DNA of 52,919 nt, counting the filler, from Perkinsus olseni (taxonomy: Eukaryota), in NCBI GenBank assembly GCA_013115125.1. It is 3 parts of 3 records of this genome, joined end to end, with 100 filler letters (N's around TTAATTAATTAA, not from the genome) between each part and the next. Parts side by side here need not be neighbours in the genome. Positions count along the whole stretch, not along the records: positions 1 to 17,624 come from JABANN010000640.1; positions 17,725 to 35,290 come from JABANN010000641.1; 1 more part is not named here. One strand, written 5' to 3'. Of this stretch, positions 14,999-25,954 are shown piece after piece; positions within the stretch are counted from its first letter, which is position 1, and each line of letters begins with the position of its first letter. Below the pieces are notes generated by a model that worked only from the letters and a program-made list of their open reading frames with translations, made no database searches and was not told the DNA's origin. The translations under genes were made by a program, and so were the position numbers.

Positions 14999-17282
14999 AT
15001 GTCTGCAAATGATCCCTTCATGGTGATTTGAGTTCGCCTAGGAGGGGGAGGACATTCACGGCGGGCATTCCACTCACGAGCTGGAGAGAAGGTATACCAC
15101 ACGTTTCATCGATTGATATGCCATCACAACGAGGAGGCTGCCGCGGCAGCAAGAATCGGGGATCTTTCTTGCACGACATTTTCGAAGAGGTGGGCGTGCA
15201 CTCGAAGTGAACTCATGAACAAGAATCCAATTGTACAGGACATTGGGTCGCTGTTGAAGTGGCATATCTACCGGAGCCCAAACGAGCAGAGGCGATTTGT
15301 CCACTTCGTAAAAGACCTCTATAGGAACTACAAAGTAAGTCGTACCGACAGGAGTCGATCAGGAATCTATTTTTCTCGAAGACACTTTGGCCGAGTGGTT
15401 AAGGCGGCGGCCTGCTAAGCCGTTGGGCTCTGCCCGCGAGGGTTCGAATCCCTCAGGTGTCGTTGTTATGAATTCTCCGAATTTATACTTCTCGGCAGGC
15501 TAGGAAGTGTTCTGCCTCCTCTTCAGGATGAAGTTATTGGCTCGCGGATCGCCGCTTCACAAATTCCGGATCGACAGGAGCGCCGAGTATTTCTGGGTCC
15601 CTCGAAGAGTGTACCCCTCATACTCCCGCCCATCAAAGTGGGTCCCTGAAGGTGGCTTCAATGCTCATCATTAGGTGGCTGGTAGGTTCCTCCTTCGAAA
15701 GACTGTGAGGACTCCTTTGCTGCCGTGGCACAGCCGATAGACGTGTACCTCAACCGTCGTGGGGCAGCTCTCAGGCGCAGGCGGAATAAACGTGGGAATG
15801 GAAGCCGTGTTCCTCAATCATGTGGATGGTTCCCAGGCGGGCCGGCAACGTCTGATGGTGGGCAGTCCGAGACCATGTCTGAGTTCCTCCTGGGATCGGT
15901 GTCCTCGCAACCGTCAAGTAGTGCGGGGAGATGCTGTTCTCGCTCCGGCGACTCGTGCACACCCCATCCTGCTAAGCAGAGAATCTCGACCCGACGGATA
16001 CTGAGTTACTTTGCCTCAGTGGCTACTAACTCGACAAGTGTGGGAAGTCGCTCAAGTGGGAGTGTCTGGACCAGCGTCAGCTGCATGACGAAGACCTCTC
16101 GAGTACAGCGCACAGCTCGGTACGCCATCGGTTGCACTTGAACTCCTCAGGGGGGCTCCGATTATAGCGCATTGATGACGAAGTACCACGACGACTACCG
16201 CTTCCATCGACGAGCAATGCGAGTCAATTTCCGTCGCTGGACGTCCGCCCAGGCTCACGAGGCTACAGGGCCGTTGCCCACTCAGAGGTGAAGCCTTTGG
16301 CTGCCGAATGTCCCTCCCTTCCATATGAAGGATTCCCGCTGCACCCGCGTCATTCTTCGCATCCACTGGCAGTTACCCCAACGAGAGGCGATTGATCACC
16401 TGGTACGACAGAGACTTTAATGGAGTTTTACCTGACGGGAGCAAGAAGCAAAAACCTGGTAAACTTCATCCCACCCGCCAGACGCTCTTTAAGTTCCCGA
16501 TTTCTCAGACAAATCTTCATCTTCAAGGATAGCCAGTAACGCATTTTCCCCTGGTGTAGATCGCGGACTTCTCCGCGGGGTGTTCAAACCCCCCCTCTTC
16601 GGATTTATTCAGAATCACGTGCAGCGATTGAGTGAGCTCCCTCTCCGCTCCCCAGTGCCCACCGCCTCCTGTTTCCTCAGCCCCCGTGGACAGAGAGTGT
16701 TTTATGTCCTGTTTACGAAGTTTGCATACTCTACGCAAGGAATCGCAATACGTCACCATGTAAGAGCGTGATCAGCCATACCTCGGGAATTTTCTCAATG
16801 AGCCTTCTGCATTTGCGTCCTGATGACGGTTGTTGTAGCCTCTTCGCTGGTCCTTGTCATCTGTGGCTGCTTCTCTCGTGGCCACTCGCGGTGTTATCAG
16901 GCATAAGCGAGAGTTCCCGCCTCTTGCTGAGCACACTCGAATGTGGCGTCCTGCAACAGCGAGACCTGTCATGGACCGCATCAAGTTGTGCCAGAGCAAA
17001 GTGACGCTCAGTGGGGATCCAGCCTTGAAGGCTTTTGAAGGACCGTGTAGAGCGACGCTTGCCGAGGCGATGCGGGAAGCCGCCGCAAGTCGCCTGATCA
17101 ATGGGGATGTAAGTCGGCGTCTGTATCCTCGCTCTACCACCACGGTTTCCCTCAGGCGGCGTCCAATGAGAAGAACCCCAAACTCGTGCTGCAGAGGTTG
17201 CTCGAGCGTGCTCGGCGAGGTGAGTGTTTCTCATTTTACCAGCAGGAATCCTTTGCATCGGTCGCCGCCTTCCATCAGATGA
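14999..17282 (+). CDS. Hypothetical multi-exon protein (host of tRNA-Ser); ends uncertain
   Basis: GT-AG splicing gives a continuous frame: SKNRGSFLHDIFEE|DIGSLLKWHIYRSPNEQRRFVHFVKDLYRNYK|DEVIGSRIAASQIPD...LPPIK|VPPSKDCEDSFAAVAQPIDVY. No family recognised. Confidence 0.5.
15381..15462 (+). tRNA. tRNA-Ser(GCT), inside intron 15335-15526
   Basis: GACACTT/AGGTGTC acceptor, TGGCCGAGTGG A-box, GCGGC-CT GCT AA-GCCGT, long variable arm GGGC-TCT-GCCC, GAGGG-TTCGAAT-CCCTC. Confidence 0.95.
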
Positions 17283-17624
17283 TGAGGAGAGTCCTTCGAT
17301 TGGCATCTTCTCCATGAGCGAGATTACCCCCACAGACGCCACTCATGTTAGCTTAGCCGATTCTGTTGACCCTCGCTGTGACGATGCGACCGTGTGAGCC
17401 ATGTCCGACGCTTAATAGTCACGTTGTTATGAAGCTACAACCATGAATTTGTGTTTGGCGGGTAGGACTGACAGCAATCGACAACGCAAAGCTGAGCATG
17501 GTTACAAAGACAAGTCAGGTCAATCGGTAGCAGAGGAATTGATACTGATTTGTGAAGCCGCCTGTGCACAGGAGATTGGGAGAGAGAGGCAATCGGGATA
17601 GCAGTAATGCGTAGATATTCACAT

Positions 17625-17724
17625 NNNNNNNNNNNNNNNNNNNNNNNNNNNNNNNNNNNNNNNNNNNNTTAATTAATTAANNNNNNNNNNNNNNNNNNNN
17701 NNNNNNNNNNNNNNNNNNNNNNNN
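17625..17724. other. Artificial contig spacer (N44-TTAATTAATTAA-N44)
   Basis: 100-nt linker with stop codons in all six frames, flanked by Ns. Confidence 0.97.
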
Positions 17725-17989
17725 CAATATCCTCGTAACTCCGGGTATCTGGCTTCATACAGGCACGCAACAATTGAGTATACAGCATGCCCACGATACC
17801 ACTAAAGATGAAAAGGGCAAACCCGAAAGCGTAGCCGGCCTCGGCTATCGCCCTAGGGAGGCTGAGCATGCCAACACCGATACCAGTTAGCGCTATGTTG
17901 GCCACGGCAGAGATGTTGGACTGCCCCTGTGACGATGTTGATTCAACTTTGATGCTTTCCGAGGTATCTGAATACTTCGGAAGAGACAT
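17725..17989 (-). CDS. Amino acid transporter (AAAP/Aa_trans family), N-terminal fragment cut by contig end
   Basis: GQSNISAVANIALTGIGVGMLSLPRAIAEAGY...CMKPDTRSYEDI; paralogue of 19202-20434. Confidence 0.85.
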
Positions 17990-19201
17990 GAGGATTAGTG
18001 AAGGTATAAACCTGGGCAAAATTTCGATAGAGCGATACACACCCGTTGACGAGGAGCATCACCAAGAAGAATACATGAGACTGCTGAGCTTGTACGCCGG
18101 ATCACCACTGTTTACCCTACGGTGTGTGTACAAGTCAGCACTGCACCTCCGCCCCCGGGTATTTGAGACGAGAGTGGTGAAACGGAAAGAGAAGGGGGGT
18201 GAGAACGAATGATGGCCTCTAGCGTGGCGCGCTATGCCTGCCCAGTACCATAATATGCCACGCATACTCACGCACACGTATGTGAGTACTCACGCAAAAC
18301 AAAACCAGGAATCAACCGTGAGAGTATAAGGGTAGTTCAGGCACCCGTGAACTCTACTAAGGCTGCTTAGTAAGCAGTGCTTATCATGTTTTCCAAAGCC
18401 ACTCAACAGTATGACCAGCCTCGCAATCACCGGCCCTCCCGGTAGGTACTGCACGCAGGTACATGGCGCTAGAATCGGTATGGGGTCTGCCAGTCTTATC
18501 GACGCCCCAACGAGTGGCCTGACGGCGAGATTCTTGATCAGTTTGCTCATCAGAGGGAGAACTCGAAGCGTAGTGATCCTCAGGACCCTTGACCGAGGAA
18601 AGGCGACGAAGCATCGTGTATGCACGCATCAGCGCAGAACATCGCCTCCATTTTGCACGCATGCACAACGAGGAGTGGCTCTCCGCTAGACTAGTCGGGT
18701 TGAAGCTGGGTCGAATAAGTCCAAGCATCTTCTATCTCATTCTACACCGCAACTATCGAATAGGATTTTCCTCAGAAAATACGACACCTCCCCATCGACG
18801 ACAAGGTTAATCCATCCCCGCCCAACCCATGATTTAGAGCACTACCAAAACAAACTGAGTTGTCTAGGAACACGAAATGTGAAACGGACCAGTAGTGCCG
18901 TGAGGCGAACACCGACAACGACATTCGCTATAAGGCGACATACTGAATGGAACGAGGCAGCCAAAGGGATTAGGAAGGCACCTAATGATCAATCACACGA
19001 GCGTGTTTATTATACAGCAACAACGATAACAGTATCCTGACGAACGAGCTGAACTCCGAACGTCGACTAGCACTGCTAACAGTATGAGCAAAATCGCGAA
19101 TCAGAAACGAAGGAATGGCGATCGTATCAGGAACGAGAATTTTGCGGAATTACGAATAATGAAAAGACAATGCGAAGAAACCGGTTCAGGATAACTTCAT
19201 G

Positions 19202-20434
19202 TTACGCGCATAGCTCTTTAATAGCCGCATATACACCGAACCCAGAACCTATGACAGAGATGAACATCAGAAAGCAAAGAAAGAGTGTCGTAGCGATCCA
19301 CTTAGGTGTGCCGAAGATCTTCTCGCCCTTCAGGTATGAGAGGCGAAGATAGAAGACAGACGGATAGATGTTGTGGATTAGCGAAAAACAGATAGACCCA
19401 AGGAGATTGATAAGGGCAGAGAAGCTAGGGACAAATATCGCTACCAGGACAGTAACCGCAACAAGACAGCTTCTCAGTAAACATGACCTTACAATCTGAT
19501 TACTCTTGATACCAATCCACTCCTCGAAGATACGACAAGCGGGATTCATCATAACAACATAATGGGTGGCACAAACGATGAGGATGCCCACGATACACGT
19601 GGTAGCGACCGCAGAGTTTTGCCCTGGTACTGGAGCCATTGCATTGATGATGGTATCAAAATGCAATAGCTCCTGTCCCCAACCAATATAGCCTCCCAAT
19701 GAGGCTGCTGAGAATAGCAGAATGAGGCTAATAAATGCTATCAAAAGCACCTTGGACTGTGCTTCTGGGTGTTTCATATCTTTTAAAATAGTCGTGGTGG
19801 TACTTGTCACCGCATAAGAAAACGTCAACGTAGAGAATGTCGTGCCCAGCCCAACTACTGAAATTGGCGCTGCTCGATATGGCACCGACGTCGTAGTTTG
19901 CACCCGCTGTTGAACGCCGGCAACGACGATCGTCACGAGAACCACGAAAACGGCAGCTACACCCACAGTACCGCTGAAGTATCCCACTTGCTTCATTGTC
20001 CGCAGGCAAGCTAACGGCAGCATAACTGCCGTCCATATGAGAATCCAATACGTCTGGCTGATTTCCGGAGCCAAGAGTACTGAATTTTGCCCCAGTAGCA
20101 GCATGAGCAGGCACCCTGTACCCACGAGAGCAACGTTTAGTGCGACGGTTACTGACATCATTCCTGGATACCCGAAAGCATCTCGGCCGATATCTTCATA
20201 ATTCCGAGTATTCGAGCTCATACACTTCCGCAGCAGGTGGGTGTCCAGAAGACCCTCAGCCCCACATGCAAGTAAAAGAATGAAACCCAAAACGTACCCG
20301 GCCTGAGCTATGGCTCCAGGCAGTCCAAGCATCCCAACACCAATGCCAGTGAGAATGATGTTCACCACGGCGGAGAAATTAGACTGTCCGGTCTCCGCCA
20401 CTGAGACCTTACTGGATTCCGATGATATTGACAT
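19202..20434 (-). CDS. Amino acid transporter (AAAP/Aa_trans family), intronless
   Basis: GQSNFSAVVNIILTGIGVGMLGLPGAIAQAG, YEDIGRDAFG, TFSY..DMKHP, LLGS..IYPSVFY; many TM helices. Likely ATG at 20434 (MSISSES); the track's upstream start is non-ATG. Confidence 0.92.
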   Translation of the reverse strand: MSISSESSKVSVAETGQSNFSAVVNIILTGIGVGMLGLPGAIAQAGYVLGFILLLACGAEGLLDTHLLRKCMSSNTRNYEDIGRDAFGYPGMMSVTVALNVALVGTGCLLMLLLGQNSVLLAPEISQTYWILIWTAVMLPLACLRTMKQVGYFSGTVGVAAVFVVLVTIVVAGVQQRVQTTTSVPYRAAPISVVGLGTTFSTLTFSYAVTSTTTTILKDMKHPEAQSKVLLIAFISLILLFSAASLGGYIGWGQELLHFDTIINAMAPVPGQNSAVATTCIVGILIVCATHYVVMMNPACRIFEEWIGIKSNQIVRSCLLRSCLVAVTVLVAIFVPSFSALINLLGSICFSLIHNIYPSVFYLRLSYLKGEKIFGTPKWIATTLFLCFLMFISVIGSGFGVYAAIKELCA

Positions 20435-20885
20435 AAGAAAGAAAGCGACGTAACTAACTTCGAGAGAGGTAACATAGTCCCTATAAGGAGAATTCAGCTC
20501 GCCAGTACGTAGTTGATCAACAAACGAGATGATCAGGAACTGCCAGTACTGACCATTCAACTGGGATAACCGCAGGCTGTATAAGTTTAGTGCGAACACA
20601 CCAGTCCAGCCACTCTCCCACATTTAACCGAAGTAAAGTTCTACCGACTTCACCATTTTCCAGCCATGAATGATAGCGGAAATGCGGTAGGCGGCATTCT
20701 CGACGTCGTGCTCAGCACTCACGTTGTACTATATTTCCCACGTAGCAAACGAAACTCGTACGAAGAAATAAAGAGCATGCACTCTTTTGCCAACCCCCCA
20801 GCGTATTGTTTGATGAGAATCTCGCTCGCCCGTCCTCGACACGTCACAAGCAGATCTGAGCAGAGGAGCGAAGCCCAAAATTCAA

Positions 20886-20958
20886 GCGGCTTTGGCGCAG
20901 TAGGTAGCGCGTAGGTCTCATAATCCTAAGGTCGCGAGTTCGATCCTCGCAGGCCGCA
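20886..20958 (+). tRNA. Elongator tRNA-Met(CAT)
   Basis: GCGGCTT/AGGCCGC acceptor, GCGC D-stem, TAGGT-CT CAT AA-TCCTA, GCGAG-TTCGATC-CTCGC. Has G1-C72 and a TTC T-loop rather than initiator features. Confidence 0.93.
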
Positions 20959-21955
20959 TTTCAGGAACCCTTGAATCTCCGCGCTCTCGCTCTCCCTATT
21001 CGCGGCCGAGATATCGATACTGCACGGGCTGTGCAAGGTCGACCTCTCTGCGAACGAGGCAGAGCTCTCGCATCTTCTTGGGCTGGGAGACGCATTCACA
21101 TTCTCGTAGTCGCGCACGAGTATGGCGGGCCGCCCCTTAGCCACGAGTAGCTTCGGAGCACCTCAACATCAGAGGCGGAGCCAAAACTGGAGCGGCTACT
21201 CGCAGCGAAGGCACGCTTGGACTCGGTATCGCTGAGAGAATGCATGAGGCGGGCGTGAACAACCGCGAACTCAACATTAAACTCAACATCGCTTAACTTT
21301 CCCGAGATTCGACGAGCATATAGTTTATCCTTCAAGCTGCCGACTTCAAACTTCAGACACTTTCAGAACGAAGCAACAAAGGGCAACTAAGCACATTTAA
21401 GGACGGCAGCAGTAGCAGTAGTAGAGAGAGAGCAGAATGTAAAACACCCGACAATCCGCGCACACCGACCGAGGTCACGTATCGGACTCTCTCGATAGTG
21501 GCCGCGAGATCAAACAAGTGAGACGCGAGTGCAGCATCATGTTGCAGAATGAGAGAATGTTCGATGATGATTACTTTCCATGACTCGATCGGCTTCAAAC
21601 CCCGCCTGCCGAGGGCATCGACAGTCGTAGCTTGAGCGACAAAATAGTACAGACGACGGATAGACACCAACCTCGATAGCGCTATGAGATCAGTGCCCGT
21701 GAAGTGCTTTCAGTCACGCTCGATACGACAGACCATCCGCGAGGAGCAACACCAACAACTAAACCCGCACCGCACAATGAGGTATGCTTCTCTCGGGGAG
21801 GCAAAGACATTTTACAACGACAGCTTCTTAGAAGTCTACGGCAGCACCGCCCAAAGTGCGCCATCAGACAAAGTACGATTGGTTCGACGATTACGAAGAA
21901 AATAACGAATGACCCTAACCTCATGACGAGCACGCTCAGCACCCAGCTCCGGCTT

Positions 21956-22764
21956 CTATGCCGAGTCCGAGGTGTCAACAGATAGACGACCACCGGAGGC
22001 GATCTTTATCAAATTTAGAAGTTGATCGGTCGTGAGCTGCCAGAGGATCTCACCGTTCTCGTTGGTAGTGGCACCAACATCATCGTGGGACATCAGCCCC
22101 AACGACCTCGCTGCTTCACGAACTCGATCCTTCGTGATCAAATCTAAAAACAAATAATAGGGAAACCTCGAAGAACCTCTTCCAAGGCCACTAGCAGCGT
22201 CATCCTCGAGCCTGGTGAAGCGAAAGATTCTACCACCCACTGGACTACCTGGATGTGCATCCTGTGGCGTCAGCTGCGACGTCGATGATCCGCTCGAGGT
22301 CAAACCCGAACGTGGGCTCGGGCCAACCATCCCAGCGTCTCCCAGGAGGTTACTCGCCTGGTTACGCACGCCGGTGAGCAGCTCATCTTTAGTATGCGCA
22401 AATCGGCAACAGTCTCCAGCATTACACCCTCGGAAGCCTGGCCCGATATACTTGCACATCTGCTGTATCACCCTTTGGTGACCGACAACCAGCTCGCTTC
22501 TATCGTGAGCGAACGGGCAAGTACTATCGGTGCACTTCGCTCCGTTAGGGCACATGACTGTTTTCGGGTTGGCAAGCTCCTCGGGAGAATGCGCGAAGGT
22601 GCAGTTCTCGCCTTCAGTACAGCCGCCCGCTAGGTAGTATATGCACATCCGCACCTTATACCTGACACAAAGCACATGCTGACCACCGACCTGGCCGGCG
22701 ACCTGCTATTGCACTACCTCTTCCTCAACCGTTCTGCATTGTTACGATTGGTTGGGGGAGACAT
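21956..22764 (-). CDS. CCCH (C3H1) zinc finger protein with three fingers, one intron
   Basis: MSPPTNRNNAERLRKR|YKVRMCIYYLAGGCTEGENCTFAH...KTVMCPNGAKCTDSTCPFAH...MCKYIGPGFRGCNAGDCCRFAH. Confidence 0.85.
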
Positions 22765-23031
22765 CGATGAGTTAGGGTTCGATAGGTTCGAAACGAAAGG
22801 GCTGCCTACGGGAACATAGAGCCAACTTTGTTAGAAGCCTACTACAACACAAAGCAGCTGATGTATGTGAAACAGATAGCAACGATAACACTAATTCACT
22901 GCTCTTAGACGGGGGCCACGAAGAATGCTGACGCTGCAGCTCCCAGCACAACAACTGTTGCACAGAGTAGGGCTCTAGCAGGCTCCGGCACGGTCACGAC
23001 CAATTCACTGGGGCTAGCCGCAGCAACCGCC

Positions 23032-24300
23032 TCACCTGAACCAAAGACAGTCACTGCTCAGCATCAAGGCCCTGATACCACCTCGAGCTACGCTCCGCCG
23101 GCCAACCGGCTTTTCAGCCGTGCGAGGCGCTCCGTACAGGACCGCTTTACGACCTTCCTCCTGATGAAAGCCGAGATCAATCGCGATGCTTCCCTTCTCG
23201 AGGTGCACCAGCCCTAATACCCCGGTCAGATTCCGGAATTTTTCCACGAAAGTGAACTGGTCCGTCGCTGCCAGGAACTCCGTCAGAAGTGTATCACTCG
23301 CCGACGACGGATACAAGTCCTCCCTGACGCCAAAAATGTCAATACCCGACAACAGTCTCCTGCCAGGCACCTCAGCGTAGCATGAGAATGCAGCTTCCTC
23401 CACGGCAAAGTGTTCACCAAATCCTGAACTGTCCGCTTGCTTCGGGTATCCTTGACACTGCCCGAGAGGAATCTTGAGGTCCAGTAGCTGCAAGCAGGAG
23501 CATTCTGAATCCTGGATTCCTCAATGAAGCGAAGACCTACGTGAATCTGTCCACGACGTTGATGCCTATCGACAGATCAGCATGGTAACTGTAGCTGTTC
23601 TCGTCAGGCCCGCTGCTGGACAGACACAGCATGTTAGGGGAGTAGAACCTAGATGGACGACTGCCCAACTCCGCGCGCCCCGGTAGCCTCCCACCGGTCG
23701 TGCAAGGTGGCAGCATGGCACGTGTCAGCGAGCCACAGAAGCTTCTTATACCGCTTCTGGCTGTACCTAAACTCCAAACAGACTGCACGCAGTCGGCGCG
23801 GTCCACGACCAATTTGACCAGCAGGCCTACATCTGCTGGAAGGCATCAGCGATGTCATGCGACGTCATCTCCTCCCAGTCTTGAAACTTGACAAAATCCG
23901 TCCCCGAGTGGCCCGTTATGTACACCTAGGATCACCCGTAAAAAGCAGTAGTCTCCAAGCCCAATACCAGAACGTAGCTATCAGCATCGGTGTCGAGCCG
24001 CTTCGACCTCGGAGTGTCCGGCGTGTGCCTGCCTGGACAAATTGTATCAACCCGCCAGCCTAACATCGCCAGTCGGCCGGACTACCAGTCAGAAGACGAA
24101 TGAAGTTCTCGGTCGACACTTCGTCTCCGCGGTAGTCCACCTCCACCTCCGGCGGATAGAGATTAACATGATCATCAGGGTCATTAAAAACATAACCTGG
24201 CCGCCATACCGTCTTCGGCTGGCATTGACTGCGTCACAGTACCGGGGGCAGGATTCCGTGGATTGCAGGCGATATCTTCCGCCAGCATCAGTATAATATT
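23032..24300 (-). CDS. Hypothetical multi-exon protein (boundaries poorly defined)
   Basis: 153-aa protein-like terminal ORF 23032-23493 with GT-AG-bounded open segments upstream; no family recognised. Confidence 0.3.
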
Positions 24301-25205
24301 TGAGTCTGGAATACCTTACGGAGAATAATCAGAATGTTGTCGGTGCTAGCGCTTCGAGTAGTTGAGAAGTGGGCAAGGTGTGGTATGCCATTGTGTTCCT
24401 TCCCTTAGTTTTGCGCGGCAGTGTCCCTCAGCTAATATTTTCGACCGCACACCCCTAGCAGTGCGGGACGCTTCCTATCATTAATAAAGGATATCTCTTC
24501 GAATCTCATAGGGTTGTGTTTTGACACATCATTCACTCACGATGAAACCTCCTTCTTTTCCCCTCGCTCACCGAGCCGCTTGATCTGGTAGTACATACTC
24601 AGAGTGTTCGCAACATGTCGATAATTGTACCAGTACCTACTCTCACAATACAGCCTTTGCCAACAGTGACTCCCGCAGAGTAGTCCACGACGCGCCATTC
24701 AGTCAACTAAAGTCCTCTCTCATCCGACAAAATTCGTCAACTCTCGAGCACTGACTTTCTCCGGGAAAACCAGAATGCTTTTCCGATCATTAGTGCTAGA
24801 TAAAGCAGATCTCTCCGCTTGCTGTTCCCAGCAGCTACTGGGAATGAACTCCGCAGTACTTATCAACGCCAAAGATTTCATACTCCACCATCGGTGCCAT
24901 CGAGGTTCTCCAGAGCGGAGATAGTGACTAGCGCTGCGCCAGGACCATAGGCTGCGAGGTTCCCGTGGTACTACCGCGAGGTATCCACGAGTAAAGCCCA
25001 GTTGTTCCGTCCCGAATCCGACTTCATAGCTGCTCCTAGAGTCGCGACGCACCACAGCATCACAAGGCCCGCCGTCATCATTGCCAGCATGACATGGATC
25101 AAACAAAGCCTGCGAAAAGCCGAAACCACCCTGCGCATCTACTCAACCCTACAGATCATACAGTCACAGACTGAATAGTCGACAGGAACGACAATACGTT
25201 AGGGT

Positions 25206-25748
25206 TCACTTCTTGTTGGAGCTCCCAGTCTTTCGGGAATGCTGACCCTTAGCCATACGCTGGCCCGAATCCATACCGCTAAAGTAGCGCCTCATCTCCT
25301 CTTCCTCCGAGACCCGTTCGATTCGGAACACATCATCAACGTCCGGATTTTCCACTGCCACGTGAGATTCCTCGCCAATGCGAATCTCACCAGGGCTTGC
25401 GTTGGGCAGGTACATAACATTGCTCTGCATCCCGAGTGCCGTCAGACCATCATCGAGGCTCTGTGTCCTTGCGGTGACTTTCTGTTCTTCCGTTGAATCC
25501 GCCGCTGAATTCTCAACTACCTCGAAACTGTCATCCTCGAACCAATCATTGAATTCCTGCAGCTCTTTCACGGGATCTTCATTTGCGTCATCTGCGTGCT
25601 CCGCTCCGTCGACCTCGCGCTTTTCGCTAGGACGATTGCGAGAATACACATAGGCTCCCATGGCAGCAGCTATCACCCCGCCCGTTAAGAGAGCGGCCGG
25701 ACCCGATAGCCAGCTCCGAGACTCTATTTCGACCTTTCTCTCCGACAT
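25206..25748 (-). CDS. Hypothetical protein with N-terminal TM anchor and acidic region
   Basis: MSERKVEIESRSWLSGPAALLTGGVIAAAMGAYVYSRN then acidic sequence; probable in-frame 48-nt intron (GTCACC...ATGCAG). Confidence 0.55.
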   Translation of the reverse strand: MSERKVEIESRSWLSGPAALLTGGVIAAAMGAYVYSRNRPSEKREVDGAEHADDANEDPVKELQEFNDWFEDDSFEVVENSAADSTEEQKVTARTQSLDDGLTALGMQSNVMYLPNASPGEIRIGEESHVAVENPDVDDVFRIERVSEEEEMRRYFSGMDSGQRMAKGQHSRKTGSSNKK

Positions 25749-25954
25749 AGATCCGGATGATACAACTAAGACTGAAACAAGCCCTTGATGATACTGAACT
25801 CAAAGCCGCAGCGATGGGGCATATCGATCAATAACAGACGCTGTCCCATCGGGGACCGCCGAGGCACTGAGCTGAGAATTGCAGAAAATGTCAGCAGCAT
25901 TATTAACAATTATCAGTCAGAATCTCCTTACAGAACCGTGGACAACTTTGAAGC

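Noticed and set aside
17669-17680. TTAATTAATTAA palindrome (also 35335-35346)
   Set aside because: Assembly linker, not biological.
20960-21930. Possible minus-strand gene between tRNA-Met and the CCCH gene
   Set aside because: Fragmentary ORFs without homology support; could not define exons.
22776-22795. Tandem GGTTCGA upstream of the CCCH gene
   Set aside because: Lacks the AGGTC and downstream CC context of the element family; too short to call.
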